The notes below the pieces were generated by a model. That model ran no database searches, was not told where the DNA came from, and saw only the letters and a program-made list of their open reading frames with translations. A stretch of DNA of 63,800 bases, filler included. It is 14 parts of 14 records of this genome, joined end to end, with 100 filler letters (N's around TTAATTAATTAA, not from the genome) between each part and the next. Parts side by side here need not be neighbours in the genome. Positions count along the whole stretch, not along the records: positions 8,552 to 19,592 come from SRR9670534_937; positions 19,693 to 24,376 come from SRR9670534_949; positions 24,477 to 27,049 come from SRR9670534_950; positions 27,150 to 30,284 come from SRR9670534_952; 10 more parts are not named here. One strand, written 5' to 3'. A program made the position numbers and the translations under genes. Shown one piece after another: positions 14,401 to 28,329 of the stretch (position 1 is its first letter; each line of letters starts with the position of its first letter).

Positions 14401-17400
14401 CATGACTCTGCTCATTTTCGAATGAATTGACAAAATTTGCAACTTTACCAGGAGGTATTATCAAAGAAGCAGGCTTTTTGGGTCCTTGGTAATTTTCCAG
14501 AGGTTGGCGCAATTGATAATCTTCCATTCTAGATTTATGTTGACGATAGTATTCAGGAGAAGGATTTGTAGTATGATGATCTGGGGACAACTTCCCATCA
14601 TACCAATATTGTTGAGGAATTTCCCTGGTAGGAAACTGACTAGGCCAAAAGTGTCGTACTGCGCCCACCTGACCATGGTGAAGTCCAGACATTGGAGAAC
14701 TACCATTGGGGACAAAGAGTCCGGCAGCGTCATCTCTTCTACCTTGTTCAGAAGTTGGTCTGGATGGAATCATTACTTGATCATTTAAGTTTTGTTGGCG
14801 TAAATACTTGCGTAAAGTGTATTGACCATCTTCTGCACCATTTAGAGCTCTTTCTATAATATTCGTAATTTTTGTTCAATTAACAGTTAAATTCTTACAC
14901 TATTACTACATACAAATTTCCGCTATTTGTATTAGTATCATTAGGGATCATACGACAATAGAAGATATTGAAAGAAAAAAACCTTGGTAATGTGGGTTAG
15001 TAATAGGATTAGCTGACTCATTTTCTGAAAGGCCCTGGTAATCCCGACGACGTAGTGAATTAATACCAACTTGGGTTCCAAAACTTTTCAACGCTTTCTT
15101 TTTTTCTTGTTTTGACTTTTTTCCCTTCCTCTTGTGCTTTTTTCGACGATGCTTCTTACTAGAGGAATCACTGTTGCTTGTCTAAAATAATAATGATATG
15201 TATGTTAGTTAAAAGGACGCCATACAAATAAAGACACAATGCAAAACAATTTATACCAAACAATATAAAGTTATGAACGCAAGTATTTATACATATACAT
15301 TTCAAGTTAAATCAATAATCAGGTAAATAGTAATGTTATGACATGATCGATACAAGGTTGCTAAGTAACCATTAATAAGAAAAGATGAATTTTACCCACC
15401 TCAGAGGAAGAAGAATTCTCTGAGGAACCATCCTTGTCACTCAATATTACAGACATTGCCTCTGAAACTACATCAACAATAATTAGATTAGAAACAATAC
15501 GACAAGATGGCGCTACTTTTATTTATTCTGGGGGAAATTTATGAAAACAAAAGCTTACTCATGCTAAAATCACCCTCTTCCAGGGAATCATGATCAGAAG
15601 AATTCTGCCTTTTTTTCTTTTTATTAGACCTTTTGTCTTTATTAGGAGGAATTTTAGAACCTCTTGCGTTTGAGAGAGAAATATCAAGCGCACTGGGCTT
15701 TTCCAACGATACGGTTGTGATTTCCATACCAGCTAAATGTTCGGAAATATTATCCCCATAGTTGGCCTGGTCAGAAGCATGGATTACAGCAGAAGTTTGT
15801 GCATTTTGTTGCTGACCCACAGGTGACATTTGAGAAAACTGTTGCAATCGCTGCCAACAGTAATCTTGGTCACTGACAGAAAGCAATGGAATCATATGAT
15901 GAAAAAGAGTTCTTTTGGAAGCTGTATCTAGCAAAAATTCCAGATCTGCTAAAAGGCTGTCTACATTCCTTGTTTCTCTGTAATTCTTCAGAGATGCCAT
16001 AACAAGTGCTCTGTCACGTGAATTCAATAAGAATGAAAGCTAAAGAAGAATTCATAGTACACAACGCAAAAATAACAAAGAAACAGTATTCATTACATTT
16101 TCCTTTAAGGTGGCAACTGAGACTTTACTGGCACTTCCTGGAACTGATGCTACAGAACTTGGTCGATTTCTCTTTTGAAAGTTAACCTCTTCTGTTAAAT
16201 CAGGAACAGAAGTTGACAAAACTCCTTTCATGCTGCGATTAGTATTTCCTCTAGTAGCAATTTTCGAATAATATTCCGAAAAGTCTGGTTCCATATTTGG
16301 CTGTTGGCTAAAGTCAGTTCCAGCTCTTCTGTTGCTATTGATAATGTGTGCAGGGATATTGACCATTTGGCGAACGTAATGTTGATCTGCCTTGGTCAAG
16401 TTAGGAAATATAAAACTCCAAACATTCAGTTTGCTTGGGGTATCCAAAATGGAAGTTAGCCTTTGGACGAACTGTGCTATGTCTCGATTATTATCATCAA
16501 AAACTGCCATTGCCTGTTTCAGCATTTTACGCTCTGACGGGGTAAGCAGGTAATTAACCAATTGCTTGAAACTTCGTCCACTCTCATCTTTCATTTTACT
16601 GATACTGGTTAAAAAGGCAGATGTAGGTTTATTACTGGGAGTTGTCTTGCCCCTCATAACTGAATCCCTTCCAACTTGATATACTAAGAATACAGCAAAA
16701 TGAAACAATGTACTCTACCACCTTCCACTGGTAAATAGCCTAATTAATTACTCGAGAACTTACGATTAGCTTCATCATCGTTTTTATCCTGTTCAATGCA
16801 CTGACCTACTTCAAATAGGGGAGATTCACCACAGTGGTGCAGGGTCTGTACAAGAGAAGGGTAATCAAGTCCACTAACATCTGCAGCATCAATTTTCAAA
16901 AAAACGTCATTAATGTGTAAACCTGCTAATTGTGCGGGACTGTTATATTCAACGTGCTTTATAAAATAAGGTGGTGAACCATGAAGAGAAAATCCATAGA
17001 AGCCGCTGGGTTTCCTGTTTACTTTTAGTACTCTAAAAATATCATCATATGCATGTAATACATTGTATTATAATATAATGTATATATTACCTATATTATT
17101 AATATAGTAACACACATAATAGCTATACATTTTAATTTTATTGTAATGAAATTGCTAATAAAAAGCTAAACAGGAAGGAGATGTCCAACGACTTTCATAA
17201 TTTTTAGAGATAACGATGCAATGCTCAGTGAGCATTGCTCACTAACCTCACATTAGCTAACTTAATTCCAGGAAATACGGGATGCTTCTGGACTTTAGAA
17301 TTCACATTTGGAGTTTTATGGAAAAGATTCGATGTCGTCATTAAGGAGTCGAATTGGGGTCTCAAATTGGCCGAAATTAAACTTCTGATAATTGGTAAAA

Positions 17401-19441
17401 TCTTTCGATCAGTTGGTGTTCGTAAAAGACGGTTGAGCTTATGACAAAACATCCCCAAATCATCGTTATTCATGTATTCGGACAGTAAATCTTTCAAGGC
17501 GTTTTTCTTTGGTTCATCATTGCCGAAAACATTGTTCATCTAAAGAAACAAAGACATAAGATTATAGTCCTTCTGTTGACATGAACACAATTTACTGCTA
17601 GTGTAACCTTTGTATGGAGCAGCCTAGAATGTTCAATTTGACTCTGAATGGCCTCGGCAGCAGTACTTCTACTGCCAGATGGTATGTACTTAAAACGCAA
17701 CCTTCTGCCAGGCTTTTCAAGAAGAGGCTTTGTATGTCTGCCATTGCGAACTTTTCGTCCATTAGCTTCAACAATAACATCTCCTATATTAACAAAAGAA
17801 GTGAAGTCAACGTTTCAAGAAAAATTCGCGATTGATAAAACAAAAAGGAATACAAGTAAAACCATATGTTTCACTATGGATTATTGTAAATATATTAACA
17901 GCATAAATATCTTTTGGTACATTGTACATGAACATATTAATAATATATAATACAATGGTCATAATACATACATAATAAGCTAGAGAGTACAATGGTTGAA
18001 TAATAATAAACCAATTGGAATGAATCACCTACCAACGCCTTGACTTAAAATCACACCCTTATTATTGGCCATCACCATTTTCTTCTTCAAAGTGCGTAAT
18101 TTTGGATAACGTTTACGTTTGAGGTAGTACCGCTTATTACTGGATAATAAATTATTATTAAGCTTACGCATAGTGCGTATTGATCATCTTAGCCGTAGCA
18201 ATTTTGCTATAAGTACAGCTAGCCATATGAAATTAATATGACCTACGAAGTTTATCGCTTCCTTTTATATGCAACCCAAGCATTGCAACAATTTTAATAA
18301 CGTGCAATAACACCAAATGTCAACGCTGATTCAGTCTTTCATACATACTATGAAATCCATAGGCAAGCTTTCACTCGTATTTTTGTGTATCATGCGTAAC
18401 AAGTTGTTACTAACAACAGCCTATTAAAGTTACCTATCATACATGTTGCCAACGATGTTATGAGTAATAGTAACAGGTAGGTATGTGCAGTAGCATCACA
18501 GATACCTAGCAACACCTAACAGTTATTGTTATGTACATATTATGTATTAAAATCCATACAAAATCTACAAAGTATGTATCCATTAAACACGTACAGTAAC
18601 TAATAATACTGTGTTATAGCCAAAATTGTAAATGTACCCAATACAGTAAAAATACCTACCTAAATGTAGAAAAATATGTACCTAAATGTAAATGTAGGGT
18701 TGATATTGCATTCCCTAGATGTACTGAATAAGTACCGCTGACATATACCTGGTATGTACATATACGCTGGTATGTACCTATGTACATAAGTATTATGCTG
18801 TACTGTATGTGTAAAACAGTTTACATTACCCATCTGATAAGTAATTATTGTCACTAATAGATTGACTATGTAATAACGTAACTTACAATGCACCATTAGT
18901 AAGGTAGCTATGTATTATGTGTGTACTTACATGTTGTTACCATGTATACAGTATACTGTATACAGTACAAAAATAATACATACTACAATACAGGATAAAT
19001 ACATATGTACTATGTAAGTATGGTACGTTATAGTATAACGGTTATACGTTGTTATTAAGCATACTAATTACCATTTCGTAAACCAGCTTTCCAAGCAGGT
19101 CCATTAGCTATCACATTTTCAACATCAAGTGGTAACCCTGCTCTTCTTAGTTCAAATCCGTAGTACGGTTTTTCTGTGCCCGATGTTACAACAGCACTCA
19201 ACAAAAAATTGCTTACATCAATACTTGCAGAAAAATCAATCTTGTTTTCTTTAGCCCACTGCTTTAAAGAATCCGCATTCATGTGCGTTACATCAATGCC
19301 ATCAATGGTATTGATGGCATCACCAACCTGTAGGCCAGAAAACTCTGCTTCAGAATTCCTTCTAATATGATAAATATAGCTAGGACCTGGACCACAAATA
19401 AAAAATCCGTAGCTATTCGGCCAAACAATTTTGTTGGACAT
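11422..19441 (-). CDS. GRID2IP: Delphilin-like formin (PDZ + harmonin-N-like domains + FH1 + FH2)
   Basis: N-terminal PDZ WPNSYGFFICGPGPSYI...GLQVGD. Further PDZ exons at ~19070/17600-17790 and 16800-17035. Harmonin-N-like repeats (LLRTPTDRKIL, ILDTPSKLNVW, LLDTASKRTLF). FH1 PPPPPAPP. FH2 VRRFNWLKI...KKAHNL...IPYYKERL...NIGNYLNAG...FFGENSE. Stop at 11422-11424. Confidence 0.88.
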
Positions 19442-20043
19442 CTACTAAGAAGCAATATATCGAGAACATGTACATATACGGTATATATGTACCGTAGGTA
19501 CATATAATTTGAAAACTGTGATACGTGGTCAGCTGTAATGTTCTCAGTAGGTACATATAATTTAGTACATAGTATGTACTACATACCTGTGTNNNNNNNN
19601 NNNNNNNNNNNNNNNNNNNNNNNNNNNNNNNNNNNNTTAATTAATTAANNNNNNNNNNNNNNNNNNNNNNNNNNNNNNNNNNNNNNNNNNNNAATAAGAA
19701 TAAACAGTAAGTTAAATAGTTAGCATTACTACCCCCAGTACTGTGAATATATTAATAATAATAACATTCAGGTTAATAATACACCACCATTAATAATGGC
19801 AAAGACAAGAATTCACAAATAATAAAGACTTTGGACAACCACCTTCGAAGTATCACTGTTGATCATACCACATGGTATAATGAATGTAATTTTGAGAAAT
19901 TTGCCCCCAGAACTGAGTGGCTAAGAGCGGAAATTCCACTGCAGAAACACCAATATAGGCTAAAAACGCAAGGAGAATTACTTTAACTAGAGTATTAAAC
20001 TAATTAAGTTACATAACTTATTAAGTTACTACAAGTAAATAGC

Positions 20044-22890
20044 CTAGAAGTGCCCAGTATAATAATTAATAGGGCAGCCGAACCTCTTTTCAATTCTATC
20101 TGGCAGTTGTATATAAAATGCAATACCCTCCTTCATGCTAAAGTCCATTTGCTCAACTTCGGACCTAAAAGTAAATCTACAGTTGCTCAACCTCAACTCT
20201 CTATCCAGTTCATTCCACTTACCAGTAGCCCTACAAGCGAAGTGTTTTCTAACAACATCACTTTTATCTTTTCTGGTAGTCAAATTCCCATTTAGTCTTT
20301 CAGAGCTGACTTTTTCCCAAGGCATGAAGTTTTCAACTTTGTAATGATTGTGATAGATTTCATGAGCAATAACCAAGTCATGTTGATATATATGTTCAGC
20401 TAGTGATTGGATACCAAGGGCATTACATTGATCTTCATAACGTGGCATATATTCTTCCTTGGACTTCAAGTAAGCAAGACGAAAGTACAGTCTTTGAAGC
20501 TTTTCAAGTTCTTCTATTCTGGAACTATAGTTTAGACCCCAAGCAGAAATAGCGTAATCAATGATTGGTCTGATGTAAAGTAAGTATACTATTCTATAAA
20601 TGACCAATGATCGTGACTTTAAAGTTCTAAAAATCTGTTTCATTCTAGTTCTAACATGGCTACAGACATTTTTCAGATAACTATGGTACAACAAGGTCTT
20701 ATCCATAACCAAGCCAAGATCCTTAAATTCCTTGACAAACATAAGAGTATTGCCACCAAGATTGAATTCAATTTCATCTGCTGTTCCAATCGCTAAAGTA
20801 ACAGACTTTTTAACATTGAAATTCATTCTCCAAGCTCTGCTCTAAGATCATGCCACATTAAGTGCTGCTTGTAATCTGTCCTTACCATAACCTGGTTTAT
20901 TCCAGATCTTCAGATCATCTGCAAATGCAGAATGACCAGCGTCTTCAATTTTCTCCAACTTTAACAAAAGGTCATTGAAGAACAGCACAAAAAGGGTCAG
21001 TCCAAGGACCAAACTCTGTACAACACCAGATGAGACAGGTAGTGGAGCTAAAATAGACTTACCTATCAGAACTTGTTGAGTTCTTCCAGATAACCATGCA
21101 GAAATGAAAGTTAATGCTTTTCCATAGATATTATAGCTTCCAAACAGCTTTTTGCAAAGTAGTTTATGATCCACTTGACATATGTAACCATTAGTCTTTT
21201 TCTCAATATGACTTAATCAGTCTTGTTGCGAAAAAATTAAGTTGGCTTCACATGATCGATTCTGAAGGAAACCAAACTGTTTATCAGACACCATTTTGTT
21301 GCCAATACAAAAAGTCTTCAGTTGGTCATTGATTATCTCTTCCATTAGCTTTGACACCATGCAAGTGAGCGAGATAGGTCGGTAGTTTTGTACTTCACTT
21401 TTGCAACCATTTTTGAAAATAGGTATCACTATTGCTTTCCGCCAATAGCTTGGTATACTTCCAGTCTCGATGCATCTTTCAAAAAGAAAGTGCAGAGGAG
21501 CAATCAGGACATCAGAAAGATTTTTAAACACTATAGGAGATAGATCATCAGGTGTTGGATACACTTTGTTGGCCAGCTTCATTATTTTCAAGTCAATATC
21601 AGCTGGTGAAATGCGAAAATCATTAAGCCTTTTCTAATCAGGGGCCAAGGAGGTGACATCTACCCCAGTATTGACCTCACCCACTAGGTATACTGAGCTA
21701 AAGTAAGAGTTAAACAATTCTGCTACTTTTTGTGAATCAGTTTGAAAGTTACCATTATTATCTTTGACAACAGAAATGCTATTTTGGTCAGATAAGGCAT
21801 TTTTAAGTTTATTGTATGTTTTTTGAAAGCTTTTAGTACCAATGATGTGATCTTCTAGCCATTCATGATAAGAATTAACACAACCTTCGTAGTATATGGA
21901 GAAATCCAAATATTGTTTGGTATTTTCAGGTGTTTCATTAGCTTTCATCTTTTTGCACAAATGGCATTTTTTCCTTTTTTTCCTAACCAACCATTGAGGA
22001 TAGCCACCATTTTTCTGCACTTTTTTCAAGGGAACATATTTTTCCAGAAGCACAATCATATATGAAACAAACCACTCATAATACATTTCAATGTCATTGG
22101 TCATAATTAAATTTTGCCAATCTACCATAGAAATTTCTTCTTTTATAGCCTTCCAGTTGGCATTAGCAAAGTCATGCACAAAAATATCAGGACCAGCTTC
22201 AAGCATAATTTTCATATTTGCCATAAATTTCACAGCTCTATGATCACACTTAACTGAGACATTTTCACAAACTTCACAAGAAAGGATGTCAAAATTAGAC
22301 AGCACAATGTCTATTAGGGATTCTTTTCTGATAAAAGTGGGACTTTGGACAAATTGTGTTAGGTCAAATTCAGCTGCAAATTCCAAGAAGGCCCTTGAGG
22401 AGGAACTCTTGCACATCAGGTCCTGCCATTGAATATCTAAGAGATTTAGGTCACTAGCTATTATATAATAATTAACATTATTACAATAATAACGTAAAGT
22501 ACTAATTAATTTATCCATAATACATTTAGTTTTAGCACTTCTAGGTGGTAAATATACACTAATAAGTCTAACGTGTTTTCCGTCTATTTCAGCATCTACA
22601 GCAACAATTTCAAACTTATCAGAATGCATTGCATTAGGTAAGCTTAAAGGGGTGGCTTGTATGGAATTGTGCATGACAATACCAGCACCACCTTCTTTTT
22701 TACCACTTCTGTCAGCTCTATAAAATTTATAATTAGAATTACCTAGGGCAACATAGTCAGTGACGCTTTAATCCAAATGAGTCTCTGTGATAAATGCTAT
22801 ACCAATTCCATTATCTACAAGATAATCCAGAAAAAGTTCTCTCCTGCGAAGCAGGCCATTAATATTAGTTAAGTATAAGCACAAGTTGTC
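20044..22890 (-). pseudogene. LINE ORF2 (APE endonuclease + reverse transcriptase), disrupted
   Basis: APE motifs: TNINGL, ITETHL*, YRADR..GG, SVYLPP, SDLN, CDHRAV. RT motifs: NYRPISLTCMVSKLME, QFGF..NRSCEANL, SGVVQSLVLG, FADDLKI, KDLG. In-frame stops at ~22768, 21634, 21217 and 20848; the expected D-F-x-K-A-F-D block is deleted near 21180. Confidence 0.9.
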
Positions 22891-23333
22891 ATTTAAGCTA
22901 CCAGAAGGTATGTAATCATTCAAAATAAACTTATCAGTTATTAAATTATTACTATACATAACATCGTCAAAAGCAATAGAGAAGTGTTGGTGGTTGTCAA
23001 TCATACTGTGCAAAAAGATACCTGACATGCCAGAGAGATATAAAATGGAATTATTGAGTGTAGATGTATTTTCATTAAGTATAGGTCGTGATTTTACTCT
23101 AGCAGAGACATTAGCAGGGTTATATAACATGTACAGAATTTTGAATACATCATAAAAGGTACATTTTATAGAAAAAGCATCATTATCAAGCAAGGTAGCA
23201 CTCTTGCAGTACTGGGAGAAATGGGTAAAAATTACAATAGTATACATAAAACACAAATAAAATTCAACAATAGAAATACATAACACAGAGTTGCTAATAA
23301 TATTGTTAACTTGAATAGTATCAACAGCCCCAT

Positions 23334-24230
23334 CTAGTTTTCCGACATACTCTCATTGTTACTGGCTAAAGCTTTATTCACAACTTGATTGAACATGGCT
23401 GAAAGGTTTCCAAGATTACCTGAATCCTTGTTTTGTAATGGAGAAGAGGTTTTCCTAGCTGTTGTAGCAATAGGGACTTCTACAATTTTCCAGGTAGAGA
23501 CATTACCTTTGCGCTGCACTACCAAATTTTTGCCAGCATTCTCTGATTTTAGCTTTTCAGCATCTAACTTTTTATATAACTCAGATGCCTGTTTTTTCTG
23601 GCTACTGGTCATAGGAGGCCTGAAGAAAATCTTGTTGTAATTAGCAGATTTTGCAAGAGCTTTAGCAGCATTTTTCATGGACTTTTTTTCTCTTTCAGTT
23701 TTGAATTTTACCAATAGCGCTCTGGTAATAACATTGCCATGCCCATCCTTTTTAGATATGCCTAGTCTTTCAGTAGATACCACACGGCAATCTTTGACAA
23801 CAGATGCCACAACATTTTGCATATAATTGTGATCTACATCTTCTCTAGTTTGCAAATCAAAGGTAGGGTTTGGCTCAGGAACTCCATAGGCAACAAGAAA
23901 TTTTCTATTTCTGACCATTTCCACACTTGTCATATGATCTTTTTGGTCATTGTTAGCTACTTTATCAAGTCCATCTTCAAGTACACATACACGATCACGA
24001 ATTTTACTGAAATCTTGCTTCAGCTTATCAAAATTTTGCTTAAACTCAGTAAAGTTATCCAGCTGCTTTTGTTGGCCTATCACCAATAAATTGACATTTT
24101 TAGCCATAGCTGCAAAATTGACATTGGCAAGGGCATCAAAATTCACTCTGGCAAATTTAGCCTTTATCTCTTCACAATCAGAACACATATCAGTCCCTGA
24201 CTTTTCCAAGTTGTCATGAGATCTCTTCAT
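23334..24230 (-). CDS. LINE ORF1p (coiled coil + RRM-like region)
   Basis: Coiled coil, then RNRKFLVAYGVPE, ERLG and RALLVKF, typical of CR1/L2-type ORF1. Confidence 0.8.
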   Translation of the reverse strand: MKRSHDNLEKSGTDMCSDCEEIKAKFARVNFDALANVNFAAMAKNVNLLVIGQQKQLDNFTEFKQNFDKLKQDFSKIRDRVCVLEDGLDKVANNDQKDHMTSVEMVRNRKFLVAYGVPEPNPTFDLQTREDVDHNYMQNVVASVVKDCRVVSTERLGISKKDGHGNVITRALLVKFKTEREKKSMKNAAKALAKSANYNKIFFRPPMTSSQKKQASELYKKLDAEKLKSENAGKNLVVQRKGNVSTWKIVEVPIATTARKTSSPLQNKDSGNLGNLSAMFNQVVNKALASNNESMSEN

Positions 24231-24854
24231 ACACTCAAGGTAAACGTTAGGTTAAAATTGGAGAAAAGAAAATTATGATAAATCAGGTTTTCAATAGTAG
24301 CAGGTCCAGCGAAGAAAGCAACTCCCCACATGTATCCGTGATATCTACTATGTAGTAGTTGACTACTACATTGATANNNNNNNNNNNNNNNNNNNNNNNN
24401 NNNNNNNNNNNNNNNNNNNNTTAATTAATTAANNNNNNNNNNNNNNNNNNNNNNNNNNNNNNNNNNNNNNNNNNNNTTCTTGACTTTTTTAAAAGTATTT
24501 TGACAATTTTCTCAAATATAGTAAGAGATATTTCTTAATAAATCTAATACTGCCAACTTTTCATTCAATTTTTCAATGCATTTATTATAGCAATCTAAAT
24601 AATTAGAATTACATAGTATATTTTCTTAAAGTCAATTTCAATTATATTGATTATTTATAAAAACTGCATCAATGATGAAAATGAAGTTCTTATAAATCTA
24701 TAAAAGTTAATATAATATTAATTGCATAAATAATGCAAAAACAACTTTTGTTATTATTTTATCAATTATAATACTTGTAAGTATTATTATTAATAATATT
24801 AATCATAAGTATAACTAGTCTAAATAGTGAATATAATGTTAGTAACTACAAGGT

Positions 24855-25163
24855 ATTTATATAATATCATTCATAAGCTATTATAACTAGTATAAGAGTG
24901 AAAAAGATATCACTATTATAAGTACTATACAACTACTAACAATTATCTTATTTTAATGGTAAAATATAAAGTGATACTACATAAAAGCATTCCATATAAA
25001 TATTACTGTATATAATATTTATATGGAATACTGTTATATAGTATCACTTCATATTTTACCATTGAAATAAAATAGTTGTCAGTAGTTGTATAGTACATAT
25101 AATGGTGACATTTTTTTCATTCTCATACTAGTTATAATAACTTATGGATAATATTATATAAAT
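24855..25163. repeat. ~310-bp imperfect palindrome (foldback/MITE-like)
   Basis: Arms of ~150 bp centred near 25008 (ttccatataaatatta...taatatttatatggaa; outer ends atttatataatat...atattatataaat). Confidence 0.85.
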
Positions 25164-26088
25164 TAGCCATATTTTGCAGTAATATACTAAATATAATTAG
25201 CTATATGTATGTGAATTTTTATATAATTACCTATAGATGTTAATTAAATAGAAGTAATTACAATTATTGTATTATATACTATTATACATAAGTTTATATT
25301 TTACTAGCAATATTGGCTGAAATTTAGTACATCATATTTAGAAAGATATATATATGTATGTGTGTAAAGTTTAGTAATTGTAGGCTATACATGTAGTATT
25401 TTACCCCTTTTTTATAGTATTATAATAATATTGTACAGCTTATAAATATGTCATAATATAACATGCAAAATAATACTTTGTTATAAAAATACATAAAACA
25501 TGTTACATATACATAATATCAATAATATATTATCTTATAGTTTATTATAATATAAAAGATATATATATATAACATTGATTACATATTATAATATAGTTTA
25601 TAATATAGGTATATCATAATAATGCAATAATAGTATTACAGATAATGACCATAATAATAAACATTACACAAACTGAATATTGTTAGTAACAATTTGTTAC
25701 AAAAAATCTTATAAGATTCTATATACACTATAGTAATTGACTACTATGGTAATCTTATAGTTTACTATAGTATCATTATACTGTACTATAGTAATCTTGA
25801 GATACTAGTAGTATCATACTACAGTAATCTTAGTATAATTATACTATCTTAATTTATAGATTAATAATACCTTAATACTATTTATTATGACAAATAGTAA
25901 GATAATTATAATATTATTAATATCAAATTTACATAATATTTTTTTACTAAAATATAATTTTAAATTATGTAATAAGTATTAATAATTTGCAAGATATTTG
26001 ATTTATAATGTATTTTTATGGAATATCTCAAGTTATTAATATTTTGCATTCTATAATAGAATTTTATCTACCAACAAATATTAATTAC

Positions 26089-26612
26089 CTGATATAGGCA
26101 AATGTCCAAAGATATTGAAGATAATTACAAAACATTTGATAACCACATGTTAAAAAATTTGCTCTAACCAATAATCTGACCATTTTTTTTACAGAACATT
26201 TCAAAAACTTCTTGGATTTTAAACTTTAGATATTATTTTTGTAAAACAACTTTTTTTTATTTTGTCAAATTCTTACATCATCTTTCTGTTCAGCTGTTGC
26301 ATTTGAAATTCCATTCATTTGATAAAAAAAGTCTTAACTTTTGCCTTAAATTCAAAATTTTTAACAAAAGCCTTCTGAGGATGGTATTTAGAAATTATCT
26401 AAAGTCTAATCTGATTTGCTAATGAACTAATAACTACTTTCTGTTTGCACTTTGATTTTGGCAATTTTTTTTAAACTTCTTTTACTGCCTTTCGCAATGT
26501 TGCTTTAGATTTATAAGAATGAGAGCTAGAAGTAAAAGCTTGACTTAACTCTTAACTACTATATGTTTTAGCTTGCTGCTTCTGTCTTTGTCTCATTTTT
26601 GCCATTCTAGTC
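26089..26612 (-). pseudogene. Decayed DNA-transposon transposase N-terminal exon (possibly Sola2-like, family uncertain)
   Basis: Manual translation: YKSKATLRKAVKEV*KKLPKSKCKQKVVI...VKTFF/YQMNGIS...QKDDV...LQK*YLKFKIQEVFEMFC...IG*SKFFNMW..NVL...DICLYQ|gtaatt. Several stops and frameshifts. Confidence 0.55.
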
Positions 26613-28329
26613 CTAATATAAACTATTGAATATTACTAACTATTATTATTATTATTATTTAATATTAGTTATAATATTTATTAGTTTGTAGTTAAAATAG
26701 CAATTATTATTAATTAATAATATTAGTAAATTAATATGCATATTAATTCTAAAATATAATAAGTTATCATAACTATATTATTATTTTTAATATGATTGTA
26801 CTATTATTAATAATTTCATATGTTAGTACATTTTGTTATTGCTAAATTATTGATAATTTTTATAAATTATCTCTTTATATACAATATATTAATAATAAGA
26901 AATAGCACATGAGTTAGAAACTCATCTTATGGTACCTAAGATCTCCAGTTCAAATCTCTATGTGAGATGCAAAGGGAAAATAAATAAAAAATAGATATTA
27001 GGTATGCAATGCAAAGGAGCAATGGATTTAAATAAACCTTAAGAGATTANNNNNNNNNNNNNNNNNNNNNNNNNNNNNNNNNNNNNNNNNNNNTTAATTA
27101 ATTAANNNNNNNNNNNNNNNNNNNNNNNNNNNNNNNNNNNNNNNNNNNNTCTATCAAAAACAATACAGTTAATAGAGCCTTTTTTAAATAGTATTCTTAC
27201 ATAAATAAAGTTCTTTCTTTTTACCCTTTCCAAAATAAAATAATAATAAAGCTCTAAAAGCTCTAATTGAGTAAATACAGTACCTTAAATTAAGATAATC
27301 TCATTACAAAGATATTTTAAACTTCATTTGAAGTAAACATTCAATAAAATTTTTAAAATGTTAGTTAAGTAAAAGTAGCTAGAAAAGTTTTTTAAAATTA
27401 TAGAAATGTAAACATTCCTTATTATTTTCTAGTAAATCTGGGCCTAAAAAGACCATGCATTCAGTCTATACAGAGATCACTAGCAAGTATGATTTTTAGA
27501 TGTTAATTAGCTTTACCTTCAATTTATTTCAACCTATAATACTTTATATTTATATTATTTAAGTTATAGTAATTTTGTATAATAACTAATAAAATATTAA
27601 TTTGTATATTTGTATTTCTAAATATATATTAAAAAAACATATTAATAACTATCAATTCTATAGAGACTAGTATTAATTAATGTACTAATTAACAACAAAT
27701 AATAAAAATATTATTTAGTTATTATAGAACTTTTTTCAGACATTTCTTTACTAAGCTTAAAATACAGTACTTTATAGCTATATTTATAAAAACGAATATG
27801 CCTAGTTAAAAAAGTACAAATTACAGTAAACATATGTTGTACACACTGCAGTAAATCTATGGCAAAGATAAAGGTATTTCTATAAGAATTTTAAATCTAT
27901 GCTTTAGTACAAAAACAACTTTACCATCAATCTCAAATTAAACTTTACAGTTGCATTTTTTAACTATAACAATATATTTAGTAAGATACTTAAGAGTATC
28001 TTTATTAGCAAAAAAAATTAACTTAATCTATATAAAATATCTATTAATTAATTAGAGTACCTTTTGATCAACAACAATTTGATCTCTTAGTAAATTATAA
28101 TTATTTAAGCCAAAATGTAAAAAAAGTACATTATTGTTATACATATACATACTAATACAATGTTGAAACAAAATAAGTTAGTTTATAAGTTCTATGCTTC
28201 TATTTTAAAAAATGTATACATAAGTTACTAGACCTAAATGAATAAAAAATATGGCAGCTTACAATAAGTCTATTTTAGTATACCTCATGGGAATCAATAA
28301 GCCTCCAAAATTCAACTATAGTAAAGTAA

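Larger units (their letters stand above)
19693..24340 (-). mobile_element. Decayed non-LTR retrotransposon, CR1/L2 group (ORF1 + APE-RT ORF2)
   Basis: ORF1 at 23334-24230, broken APE-RT ORF2 at ~22890-20044, then a 3' UTR. Almost no CpG left. Confidence 0.9.

Noticed and set aside
12872-14788. Several + strand ORFs antisense to delphilin, and similar shadow ORFs over other genes
   Set aside because: Antisense shadows of real exons with no independent motifs.
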